Shown here in pieces: positions 38,051 through 46,828 of a stretch of 64,000 bases of DNA. The notes under the pieces were generated by a model. It made no database searches. It was given only the letters and a program-made list of their open reading frames with translations, and was not told the DNA's origin. Position 1 is the first letter of the stretch; each line of letters opens with the position of its first letter. This DNA comes from a bacterium (GTDB taxonomy: Bacteria; Patescibacteriota; Minisyncoccia; Phycocordibacterales; UBA9973), in the NCBI GenBank assembly GCA_037130655.1, contig JBAXSP010000002.1:13125-77124 (forward strand), written 5' to 3'. The position numbers and the translations under genes were made by a program.

Positions 38051-38734
38051 CTACTTTATCTTATTAAATGTTCTTATTGTTTGTGAAATATCCCCACTAC
38101 TGAAAACTCCTGTCCCTGAGACAAGTCGAGTTGCACCGGCATCAAAAAGGTTCTGTGCATTTTGCAGGCTCACTCCACCATCAACACTGATTTCTTTGTT
38201 TGGAAATAATGTTCGAACAGCTGAAATTGTTTCGTATGTAGTTTCGAGTAAATGAGATCCTTGTACACCAATAGTATCCATACCCATTACTTGTACGAAA
38301 TCATATTGCTCTATTGCGTCTTTGTAGGTATCGACATTCTCTTTGTGCGGAAGAATCGCAATTCCCCACTCAATATTTTCCCGTGTGTATGAATCGAGTT
38401 TTTCAAGAATTACAATCGGGTCTGGCACACTACTTGCGTGAATAATAATTCGCTTGGCGCCGATACGAATAAGATTATCAATAATATCTTGCGGTTCTTT
38501 CATCATCAAATCCCATTCGATATCGAGTGTGTCCCAAAATGGCATCGCAATTTCTTCATTGGCGAGCTTTTCAAATTGTCGTTCATTGCCCTGCCAAAAC
38601 GGCCAGGTAATTGTGTGAACAAATCGTCCGTCACACAAATCTATTTGCACGACATCAATAAGCCCATTTACTTGGGCCATTTTTTCTTTGATTTCTTCGA
38701 ATTTTTTAGGCAATATAGCCGGTATGATTTGCAT
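38051..38734 (-). CDS. rpe: ribulose-phosphate 3-epimerase-like (ribulose-phosphate-binding barrel)
   Basis: IIPAILPKKFEEI...VVQIDLCDGRFV matches the Rpe N-terminal pattern (iDvMDGhFV). C-terminal VDGGVS. Divergent from canonical Rpe. Confidence 0.65.
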   Translation of the reverse strand: MQIIPAILPKKFEEIKEKMAQVNGLIDVVQIDLCDGRFVHTITWPFWQGNERQFEKLANEEIAMPFWDTLDIEWDLMMKEPQDIIDNLIRIGAKRIIIHASSVPDPIVILEKLDSYTRENIEWGIAILPHKENVDTYKDAIEQYDFVQVMGMDTIGVQGSHLLETTYETISAVRTLFPNKEISVDGGVSLQNAQNLFDAGATRLVSGTGVFSSGDISQTIRTFNKIK

Positions 38735-38735
38735 G

Positions 38736-39221
38736 TTATTTGTCTATTTCTTTTATTCTTCGAACATGTCGAACATCTTCTGAAAAAGGAGTTTCGAGGA
38801 AATATTTTACTGCTTGTTTGGCCTCATCAACTGAGATAAATCTCGCGCCGAGTGATAGCACGTTTGCATCATTGTGTTCGCGACCGAGCACCACAATCTC
38901 CAAATCACCACCATAGTATTCGATAGCCCGTACACCCTCGTGACGATTCGCAACGATGGCTTCACCTTGTCCTGAACCGCCGATAATAATTCCACAAACG
39001 TCTGTCTGATGAGCTATTTTTTCTTGTCCTTCGATAGACTCAGGACCTTCGCTATTTGCAATAGCTACGGCAAGCGGTTCGATTGTTATCGGGTAATCAT
39101 CATTTGCATCATAAGTATGTGGACCCAAGTCTTCTACTTCATAACCTAAAGAACGCACATATTCGATAAGTGCGTTCTTTAGTTCGTATCCAGCATGGTC
39201 TGAGGCAAAATAAACTTTCAT
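38736..39221 (-). CDS. rpiB: ribose-5-phosphate isomerase B
   Basis: MKVYFASDHAGYELKNALIEYV, RpiB/LacAB family. Confidence 0.85.
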   Translation of the reverse strand: MKVYFASDHAGYELKNALIEYVRSLGYEVEDLGPHTYDANDDYPITIEPLAVAIANSEGPESIEGQEKIAHQTDVCGIIIGGSGQGEAIVANRHEGVRAIEYYGGDLEIVVLGREHNDANVLSLGARFISVDEAKQAVKYFLETPFSEDVRHVRRIKEIDK

Positions 39222-39227
39222 TTTTAT

Positions 39228-39449
39228 TTACGCAGCTAGTTGATGTTCAGCTTCTAAACCAAGTTTATCTTCGAGTTCTTTGGCTTGTGCTTCAAGTTCC
39301 GCTTTTTTGACTGGATCTATTTCTGAAACTAACTGCAGATTGATGTCGTCCAATTGTTGCTTATCTAACATTTCTTGTGAAAGAGATACTACTGCCCCAT
39401 CTTCTCCAACTGCAGTTATTGTAGGTGTCTTGTATTCATTGTTTTCCAT
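39228..39449 (-). CDS. small acidic protein, hypothetical
   Basis: 73 aa, sits between gap and rpiB. Confidence 0.45.
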   Translation of the reverse strand: MENNEYKTPTITAVGEDGAVVSLSQEMLDKQQLDDINLQLVSEIDPVKKAELEAQAKELEDKLGLEAEHQLAA

Positions 39450-39461
39450 ATATTTTATAAA

Positions 39462-40517
39462 TTATTTAGTAATGCTGTTTCCTGTCTTAATCACATGATC
39501 GACAAGTGTATAGGTGTACCCCATCTCATTATCATACCACGCGAGGACTTTGACAAGGTTTCCTCCTACTACACGAGTCATTTCCAAATCCGCAATAGAT
39601 GCGTGACTATTTCCTAAAATATCACTTGAGACCAATGGCTCTTCGGTGACCGCAAAAATTCCTTTCCATTTGTTGTCCATAGAAGCTTTTTTCAATACAG
39701 CGTTTATTTCTTCGGCGGTCGTGTTTTTCTTTGAGATGAATGTCACGTCAACGATTGAACCTGCTGGTACTGGCACACGGAGTGAAATGCCGTCGAAAAG
39801 TCCTTCGAGTTTTGGATATGCTTTGGTCACGGCGATTGCAGCACCTGTTGAAGATGGGACGATGTTTTGCGCAGCGGCACGACCTTCACGAAGATCCTTT
39901 TTACTTGGACCATCGACAAGTGCTTGAGTGCCAGTATATGCGTGCGTTGTTGAAAGTACTGCTTTTTCGACACCAAAAGCTTCATCGAGAATTCCAATCA
40001 GTGGTGATGCACAGTTGGTTGTACAAGAAGCGTTTGAAGTGATATCACATGTACCGAACTTTTCTTCATTGACCCCCAGAAGGATCGTTTCCCCGCTAAC
40101 AGAACCGTCTCCCTTACTTGGTGCAGAAATCACAACTTTCTTTGCACCTTGATCAATGTGGAATTTTGCTTTTTCAAATGCAGTGAACAGACCCGTTGAT
40201 TCAACAACAACATCAATATCCAACTCTTTCCATGGAAGCTTGGTAGTGTCTTTTTCTCCGATAAACTTCACTACTTTTCCATCGATACTAATTCCTCCTT
40301 CTACCACCTTGACTTCATGAGGAAATTGTTTGTACACCGTGTCGTATTTCAACAGATATGCGAGTGATTCGAGTGTTCCCAAATCATTCACTGCAACAAT
40401 TTCAATTTCTGGTCTATTCCAGGCAATCTTCAAAAATGCACGACCAATACGACCAAATCCATTAATAGCTACGCGAACCTTTTTATCTTTTGATCCAAAT
40501 AATTTCATATAGATCAA
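39462..40517 (-). CDS. gap: glyceraldehyde-3-phosphate dehydrogenase
   Basis: VAINGFGRIGR Rossmann motif and the catalytic SCTTNC. Start 8 nt after TGaTATAAT. Confidence 0.9.
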   Translation of the reverse strand: MIYMKLFGSKDKKVRVAINGFGRIGRAFLKIAWNRPEIEIVAVNDLGTLESLAYLLKYDTVYKQFPHEVKVVEGGISIDGKVVKFIGEKDTTKLPWKELDIDVVVESTGLFTAFEKAKFHIDQGAKKVVISAPSKGDGSVSGETILLGVNEEKFGTCDITSNASCTTNCASPLIGILDEAFGVEKAVLSTTHAYTGTQALVDGPSKKDLREGRAAAQNIVPSSTGAAIAVTKAYPKLEGLFDGISLRVPVPAGSIVDVTFISKKNTTAEEINAVLKKASMDNKWKGIFAVTEEPLVSSDILGNSHASIADLEMTRVVGGNLVKVLAWYDNEMGYTYTLVDHVIKTGNSITK

Positions 40518-40545
40518 TTATATCACTCACAAACGCTGACACAAA

Positions 40546-40585
40546 CGAAAAACCACCCGAACATAAGTCCGGGTGGCAAAAAGTT
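40546..40585 (-). terminator. rho-independent terminator in minus orientation, not attached to any CDS
   Basis: ccacccgaacataagtccgggtgg followed on the minus strand by a U-tract. It lies inside a divergent intergenic region, which implies a transcript on the minus strand. Confidence 0.55.
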
Positions 40586-40845
40586 ACTCTCTTTTTACCT
40601 TGTGATTTATTAGATTATTCCCTAAAAACTCTATAATCTAATGGATTCCATTGAAATCGACTGATTCCAAATCACTTCAATACTGTGAGTTTAGTATCTG
40701 TAATACAAGAAACACATTTTGTATACACACGTGCCATTTAATCATCTAATCTATCATATGGCCCGGACATTTAGAATCATCTCCTTTTCGCTCTCCACTA
40801 CTTGGGACGACAGTAAAAGAACTTTTTATTAAATGCATTATATAC
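40586..40845 (-). ncRNA. putative ~260-290 nt non-coding RNA (identity unknown)
   Basis: Bounded by a minus-strand TGTATATAAT-like box near 40850 and the terminator at 40546-40585. No ORF longer than 21 codons. Internal 10-bp perfect stem attagattat/ataatctaat and an outer gtgattt/aaatcac pairing. Confidence 0.3.
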
Positions 40846-40868
40846 AAAAGTGCTATAATAGCAACAAT

Positions 40869-41918
40869 ATGAACACAATATTTTTCATCGTAATTATTGC
40901 ATTACTGGCCGGAGTTCTGTTTTTTTTGTTAAAAAAACAACATGCCGCCCCTGCCCCAGCTGACCAAAGTGGGCTCAATCTCCTGCTCCAACAAATCAAC
41001 GAACTTTCTCGTACCGTTGATGAAAAGCTTTCTCATTCACAAAAAGAAGTCGCAGAAAATATGCGCTTCCAAAGCACACAATCTCAAACACTGATTCGTG
41101 ACATTACCGAAAAACTAACTCGTCTTGATGAGACCAACAAACAAGTTATTTCATTTACCGACCAATTGCAAAGTCTGCAAGACATTTTGAAAAACCCAAA
41201 ACAGCGTGGAACTATTTTGGGAGAATATTATTTAGAAACAATTTTATCAAAAGTATTACCACCGAAGACATTTCAAGTACAATATAAATTTAAAAACGGA
41301 GACACTGTAGATGCTGTTGTTTTTGTTGGAGATAAAATCATTCCGATTGATTCAAAATTTTCTTTAGAAAATTATAATAGAATTATTGAAGCAAATAGTA
41401 CAGGAAACAATCCTGAACCATTTGTTCAAGAATTTAAAAAAGATATCAAAAAAAGAATCGATGAAACATCAAAATATATAAAAACTGAAGAAAATACTTT
41501 GGAATTTGCTTTTATGTTTATTCCTCACGAATCTATATATTATGATCTATTGGTTGCGGAAGTTGGTGCTGTAAAAATAAATACGCAAGATCTTATAGAA
41601 TATGCATTTTCTAAAAAAGTTATCATAGTATCACCCACTTCATTTCTTGCTTATTTACAAACAGTATTACAAGGAATGCGAGCTTTAAAAATAGAAGCGT
41701 CTGCTAAGGATATTATCGAAAGAGTAAAGCAACTTGGAAATCATTTACAAAAATATGATACCCACCATCAAAGTCTAGGAAAAGCACTTGCTACAGCAAC
41801 TAATCAGTTCGAACTTTCTCAAAAAGAATTTAATAAAATAGACAAAGATGTTATTAAAATAACCAGTAATACAATCAATCCAGACACATTGATAATTGAA
41901 GGATCCCCAGAAGAATAA
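40869..41918 (+). CDS. rmuC: DNA recombination protein RmuC
   Basis: N-terminal TM, coiled coil, and the RmuC C-terminal domain. Start at MNTIFF (40869), 9 nt after TGcTATAAT. Confidence 0.8.
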   Translation: MNTIFFIVIIALLAGVLFFLLKKQHAAPAPADQSGLNLLLQQINELSRTVDEKLSHSQKEVAENMRFQSTQSQTLIRDITEKLTRLDETNKQVISFTDQLQSLQDILKNPKQRGTILGEYYLETILSKVLPPKTFQVQYKFKNGDTVDAVVFVGDKIIPIDSKFSLENYNRIIEANSTGNNPEPFVQEFKKDIKKRIDETSKYIKTEENTLEFAFMFIPHESIYYDLLVAEVGAVKINTQDLIEYAFSKKVIIVSPTSFLAYLQTVLQGMRALKIEASAKDIIERVKQLGNHLQKYDTHHQSLGKALATATNQFELSQKEFNKIDKDVIKITSNTINPDTLIIEGSPEE

Positions 41919-41955
41919 AATATCAATCACCTCTTCGGAGGTGATTTTTTATAGA

Positions 41956-42531
41956 TTATTCATTAAAATGTTTTTCCCAAGGTAGCTCAAAATCTTTTAC
42001 ATAACTAGCATATTCTTCTCTTCTGGGGTATTTTGAGATCATTGTATTAATGGTTTTTTCTAAAACTTTCTCGGATGTAATTTTTGTTTTTTCATTAAAA
42101 ACAGCGTATTCATTTACCTCTTCTTTTATTTTCCAATCATGGCCTTGTATGTGAATACGATTTCTTTTTCTTCTAAGACTATGCATTGCTTCGTAAAAAT
42201 TAGTATCTTTTGCATCAAATAAATCATACTTTTCTGCTTGTGTTATATAATGTTCAAATTTATCAAGTTTTTTACTTAATAAAGTATCTAATATATCCTC
42301 CAGTATTTTTTCTGTTCTATTTGCTTTTCTTATTCTATTTTCTATGAAATCATACAAAATTGCTTCTGTTATAGATATGTTTATGATAACTATTGGTTTA
42401 ACAAGAAGCCTACTTTCTTCTGGTGAGTTATTGTAAGCTTTATACAAAACCTTTAAAATACTTAAACTATAATTAATGTTATCTCCTATCTTATAAATAT
42501 CTATAAAATTAGCTGATTTAAAAAAACTCAT
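41956..42531 (-). CDS. hypothetical alpha-helical protein immediately downstream of tRNA-Glu (possible HEPN-like Rx4-6H motif)
   Basis: 191 aa; LRRKRNRIHIQGH contains an Rx5-6H spacing. Very AT-rich. Confidence 0.45.
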   Translation of the reverse strand: MSFFKSANFIDIYKIGDNINYSLSILKVLYKAYNNSPEESRLLVKPIVIINISITEAILYDFIENRIRKANRTEKILEDILDTLLSKKLDKFEHYITQAEKYDLFDAKDTNFYEAMHSLRRKRNRIHIQGHDWKIKEEVNEYAVFNEKTKITSEKVLEKTINTMISKYPRREEYASYVKDFELPWEKHFNE

Positions 42532-42538
42532 ATCATTG

Positions 42539-42610
42539 TGACTCTACAGGGAATCGAACCCTGCTTCCATCCTTGAGAAGGATGTGTCCTAACCGATAGA
42601 CGATAGAGCC
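42539..42610 (-). tRNA. tRNA-Glu (anticodon CTC)
   Basis: Minus-strand cloverleaf: acceptor GGCTCTA/TAGAGTC with one G-U pair, D-stem GTCT/GGAC, anticodon stem CATCC/GGATG with loop TTCTCAA, T-arm CAGGG-TTCGATT-CCCTG. Confidence 0.85.
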
Positions 42611-42737
42611 TTATTTATAAAGTGATAATAACATAAGTTTTTAAAATAGAAAATGAGCGCGAACGGAGGTCGCGCTCATTTCCTGTTTATGTTTTTTATT
42701 TACTAGAACCTAGTCACTAGCAACTAGTCACTCAGTT

Positions 42738-44465
42738 CTATCGATCCGGTGGAATTTGATAATAGTTGATCAAATATTTTGAAATTTCACCAAATTGTGG
42801 AAGTAGTGTTTGGGCGGCATATTGCACACCTTTTGGATCGCGAATATACATATAGACAATAAAACGAGGTTTACTTGCTGGGAAATACCCGAAGAATGAG
42901 TGCATATGTTTGTCATCATAATAGCCACCACCATTTGGCAAGGCAATCTGAGCAGTACCAGTCTTACCAGCGATACTGTAGTGAGGTAAACTATATTTTC
43001 CTTCGAGATACGCTTTGTCGATAATGTGCACCAACATTTCGGTAATCTTTGGTGTTGTTTCTGGTTTTAGTGCATTTCGAGCAGTAGGATATTCCAATAC
43101 TTTTGAACCAGTGTCTGCGTATAAAATCTCTTTGGCAATATGTGGGGTCACCAAGATGCCACCGTTTGCAATTGAAGCGAATGCACGAATCGCACCAACC
43201 GGCGTCAAAGCAATACCTTGCCCGAAAGAAGCATTGGCAAGTTCAACTTCATTGTTTCTTTTCAGATTACTCACCAGACCACCGATTTCAGAAGGTAGAT
43301 CAATACCGGTCTTTTCGCCAATCTTATAGGCCAACATATAGTCGCGCATTTTTTCTTTACCCAATTGTTGTTCAGTAAACACCATTCCAGTATTGAGAGA
43401 CTGATCAAGTACCGTTTGCATCGTTGCTTTTCCTCGTCCTTTTTTATCAAAGTTATTGATCGTTCTATCACCGACTTGCACGAAACCTTTGTCCATATAC
43501 GTAGTGTCCTTGGTAACCACACCAGCATCAAGTGCCGCAGCCATTACGAGTGGTTTGATAACAGAACCCATTTCATAGACTTTTTCAGTCATTGGATTGG
43601 TAAAGTTCCCGACAGATGAAGTACCGTATTCGTTTGGATTAAATGATGGCAATGAACCAATGGCTACAATCTCACCATTGTTTGGATCCATCACAATGAT
43701 ACCCGTTGATTCCGGTTGCCACTTGGTATTCAAGTCAATCAACATTTTTTCAACGTACAACTGCACTTGCGGTTCGATCGTTGTAATAATATCTCCTTCT
43801 CTGTTTGTATTTTTGAAAAAGGTCTTACTGATATTGGTAAAAATTTCAGCAAATGGATTGGTATACGCATCATCTTTACTACGAGAAAGCGTGTTGTCAT
43901 ATGAACGTTCAAGTCCATATCTACCGGTCAGTAAATCACCATCAAAACCAACGAAACCGAGTGTCTGAGCAGACATCGTACCTCCTGGATAAAAACGCCA
44001 TTTTTCTTTGTACAAAGAAACACCGGTCAAATGCAGTCCTTCAACTTGATCTGCTTGTTCTTTGGAAATACGGTTTGCAATTTCTTCATAGGGATCATTT
44101 TTACGAGCAACACTTTTGTCGAATGAAATGCGATCAAGCGGAACGATGGCATTTATTTTTTGAAATATTTCTTCAGGATTTACAATCTTTTTAGGATTGA
44201 TAGCAATACGAAAACCAGTCATCACGGTTGCAGCAGATACGGTGGTGCCGTCTTTTTTTGAAAAATAAATAGTACCCCGTTCAAAAATTGAACCAGCTGG
44301 TGTTGAGTATTGACGATCAGCTTTGTCGCTATAACTTCTCCCATGAACTACCTGCAAAAAAAATAAGCGTACCACAATAAGCACACCAGCAAAGATGATT
44401 AGTATCGAGATCCAACCGATACGATTAAGACTTGTATATTTTTTTTTGAGATTAGTGATCTGCAT
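42738..44465 (-). CDS. ftsI: penicillin-binding protein, class B transpeptidase (FtsI)
   Basis: SVIKP (SxxK), SLN and KTGTAQ motifs; N-terminal TM. Sits in the mraZ-rsmH-ftsL cluster. Confidence 0.85.
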   Translation of the reverse strand: MQITNLKKKYTSLNRIGWISILIIFAGVLIVVRLFFLQVVHGRSYSDKADRQYSTPAGSIFERGTIYFSKKDGTTVSAATVMTGFRIAINPKKIVNPEEIFQKINAIVPLDRISFDKSVARKNDPYEEIANRISKEQADQVEGLHLTGVSLYKEKWRFYPGGTMSAQTLGFVGFDGDLLTGRYGLERSYDNTLSRSKDDAYTNPFAEIFTNISKTFFKNTNREGDIITTIEPQVQLYVEKMLIDLNTKWQPESTGIIVMDPNNGEIVAIGSLPSFNPNEYGTSSVGNFTNPMTEKVYEMGSVIKPLVMAAALDAGVVTKDTTYMDKGFVQVGDRTINNFDKKGRGKATMQTVLDQSLNTGMVFTEQQLGKEKMRDYMLAYKIGEKTGIDLPSEIGGLVSNLKRNNEVELANASFGQGIALTPVGAIRAFASIANGGILVTPHIAKEILYADTGSKVLEYPTARNALKPETTPKITEMLVHIIDKAYLEGKYSLPHYSIAGKTGTAQIALPNGGGYYDDKHMHSFFGYFPASKPRFIVYMYIRDPKGVQYAAQTLLPQFGEISKYLINYYQIPPDR

Positions 44466-44796
44466 TGGTTCTCATTGAAAGAAAAGCTACTCCTGCACTC
44501 TTCGAAGCAAATACAGGGTTAGCGGAAACAAAACCATGAGCATATGCGTACGAGGTATCGATATTATTTGTCGCTTGTAGATATTGTAATTCAAGATCAC
44601 CGACCGCAGTACGAACAATTTTGATTTGATTATCAACGGTTTTTTTAGCAACCACAGAAAATGTAATAAATCCGATAGCTACACAGTATGTCGCAATAAG
44701 TGAGAAAAACGTATATTTTGTTATAGTAAAAACCGCCCGTTTGTTTTGTAAAAAGGTGTCAGTGGCAGAAGAAAATTTTATGGTAACGTAATTCAT
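44452..44796 (-). CDS. ftsL: cell division protein FtsL-like (single TM)
   Basis: 114 aa bitopic protein between rsmH and ftsI; start overlaps the ftsI stop. Confidence 0.5.
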   Translation of the reverse strand: MNYVTIKFSSATDTFLQNKRAVFTITKYTFFSLIATYCVAIGFITFSVVAKKTVDNQIKIVRTAVGDLELQYLQATNNIDTSYAYAHGFVSANPVFASKSAGVAFLSMRTNADH

Positions 44797-44809
44797 ACTG
44801 TGTTTGAAA

Positions 44810-45700
44810 TTATATTTTTTCTATAATGCGCAACTTTGAACTTCGAGCTCGAGGATTCTTGTGTGACTCTTCCTCAGTTGAAACAATTGGTTTTTTGGTT
44901 ATGGATACTCCCCTTCCTTCAGCGACTTTTTCACGAAAGAAATTTTTGATAATACGATCTTCAAGTGAGTGAAAACTGATCACCAGCAATCGGCCATGTG
45001 GAGCAAGCAACTCGAATGCTTTTGCTACGCCTTCTTCAATGTTGCCGAGTTCGTTGTTGACCGCAATACGAATCGCTTGAAAGGTTCGTGTTGCTGGATG
45101 AATTCGTCCTCGTCGATAGATAGATGGCACTGCTTGTTCAATAATATGTACCAGCTCAAATGTTGTCTTGATTGGAGTGATTTCACGCTTCTCGCAAATC
45201 GCCTTGGCAATCCTTCGAGAATATCGCTCTTCACCGAAACCATAAATGATATCAGCAAGTGATGTTTCGCTCCAATAATTGACGACATCATAGGCAGTCA
45301 CTGTACTTCCTGCTCCATCTTTCTCCATTGTCATCAGAAGTGGTTCATCTTTTCTAAAAGAAAAACCTCTGCCTGAATCATCAATTTGTGGAGAGGAAAG
45401 ACCGAGGTCCATCAATACTGTATTGACTGAAGCTATACCGAGCTCATTGATCACAACATCAAGATTACGAAACTCTGACAAAACAAAAGATTTTTTGTTT
45501 TTGAGTGTTTTGCATATTTGCGTTGCGCGCTCAATTGCATCAGCATCTCGGTCAATACCAATCAAATGAATTGATGGGCCGAATTTTTCTGCGATTGCTT
45601 TGGTGTGACCTCCACTACCAAGTGTGCAATCAAGAAAAACATCATTTTCTTTGAGCTTTGTATTATCAATAATTTCTTGTAAAAGAACGGGAATATGCAT
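44810..45700 (-). CDS. rsmH: 16S rRNA (cytosine1402-N4)-methyltransferase RsmH
   Basis: FLDCTLGSGGHTKAI SAM-binding motif; MraW family. Confidence 0.9.
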   Translation of the reverse strand: MHIPVLLQEIIDNTKLKENDVFLDCTLGSGGHTKAIAEKFGPSIHLIGIDRDADAIERATQICKTLKNKKSFVLSEFRNLDVVINELGIASVNTVLMDLGLSSPQIDDSGRGFSFRKDEPLLMTMEKDGAGSTVTAYDVVNYWSETSLADIIYGFGEERYSRRIAKAICEKREITPIKTTFELVHIIEQAVPSIYRRGRIHPATRTFQAIRIAVNNELGNIEEGVAKAFELLAPHGRLLVISFHSLEDRIIKNFFREKVAEGRGVSITKKPIVSTEEESHKNPRARSSKLRIIEKI

Positions 45701-45881
45701 AAGAGAATGAATAATTAGTAATGCATAATTAATGATGAATAATCACAAAATTACGAGAACACTCATAAATGAATGTAGTTCGAGGCGAGATGGCTAAACT
45801 GTGAGGAAATGTACTTGGTTTGTACATTGACGAATAGTTTAGTCATTTCAACGAAGAAATACGTCATTTATGTGGGTTCTT

Positions 45882-46316
45882 TTACAAAGCACCCACGGCG
45901 CCCAGCTTTTCGGCCAAAGTATCGGCTTCTTTTTCTATATTTTGCTTGTATGACAACCAAGCACTTTCGTCCCAAATTTCGACACGGTCTTGAACACCGA
46001 CAAAGACTGCTTTAGCACTGATACCAGCCTTCTCTCGAAGCGTATCTGGAATCAATACTCTACCGGAAGCATCAATGTCGACGACTCCTGCCTGTCCAAA
46101 AAGGAAACGATTAAATCCACGATTGTCAGACTGCAAAAAAGATAACGAAGAAAGCTTGTTTGAAATTTCTTTCCATGAACTCATGGTGAAAATAAACAAA
46201 CAATTGTCCAACCCTGGAGTGATTACGATTTGCTTGCCAAGTTCCTTGCGGAATTTACTCGGCAATGAAACGCGTTTTTTATCATCTAGGGTGTGTGTGT
46301 ATTCTCCGATCAACAT
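45882..46316 (-). CDS. mraZ: transcriptional regulator MraZ
   Basis: MLIGEYTHTLDDKKRVSLPSKFRKEL with duplicated DxxxR MraZ domains. Confidence 0.9.
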   Translation of the reverse strand: MLIGEYTHTLDDKKRVSLPSKFRKELGKQIVITPGLDNCLFIFTMSSWKEISNKLSSLSFLQSDNRGFNRFLFGQAGVVDIDASGRVLIPDTLREKAGISAKAVFVGVQDRVEIWDESAWLSYKQNIEKEADTLAEKLGAVGAL

Positions 46317-46338
46317 ATTCTCGTGAAATAAAGTCTAA

Positions 46339-46363
46339 CCCACTTTATCCCACTTGTTCCCAT
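46339..46363 (-). promoter_or_regulatory. MraZ operator: three GTGGG/ATGGG direct repeats at 10-bp spacing
   Basis: Minus strand reads aaTGGGaacaaGTGGGataaaGTGGG upstream of mraZ; this matches the (TGGGN-N5)x3 architecture known for MraZ binding. Confidence 0.55.
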
Positions 46364-46474
46364 TGTACTCCCTTTTGCACCAGTATGCATATGATTGTTT
46401 GTGGAAAAGTATCGTCAGGTGGACAAAAATATCTGTAGTGGTATGATAAACAAGGATTATATTCATCAAACAAC

Positions 46475-46789
46475 ATGGAATATGTTTACTCAAAAACTAC
46501 ACTCGGTCAGATACTTTCAAATGTTGATTTTTATGAAAAAACAAACAAAAAAGTAACTGACAAATTCATCGTCAAACATTATAGAGAGATTGTTATTTCT
46601 TCAATAAAACGTAAATTTCAGCAAATGGTATTAGGTGGATTGGAGATGACCAAAAAACATCGCACCCAAATCCAAACTGCCTGGAAAAAAATAACAGAAA
46701 AAGAAATACGAATTCTTGAAGAAGAAGCAGAGCTTCACCCAGAAACAATGCTCGACATGGATGACGAAGCAGAAACATTCGTGCATTAA
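46475..46789 (+). CDS. hypothetical protein
   Basis: 104 aa, basic and helical with an acidic tail. Confidence 0.45.
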   Translation: MEYVYSKTTLGQILSNVDFYEKTNKKVTDKFIVKHYREIVISSIKRKFQQMVLGGLEMTKKHRTQIQTAWKKITEKEIRILEEEAELHPETMLDMDDEAETFVH

Positions 46790-46828
46790 GCACAAAAAAA
46801 ATCAGCCCTTATCAGGCTGATTTTATTT

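Noticed and set aside
40586-40845. Identification of the putative ncRNA as tmRNA, RNase P or SRP RNA
   Set aside because: It lacks the tRNA-like ends of tmRNA, the conserved RNase P P4 sequences, and the SRP domain IV GNRA/AGCAGCC motif as far as I can see by eye; left as an unknown ncRNA.
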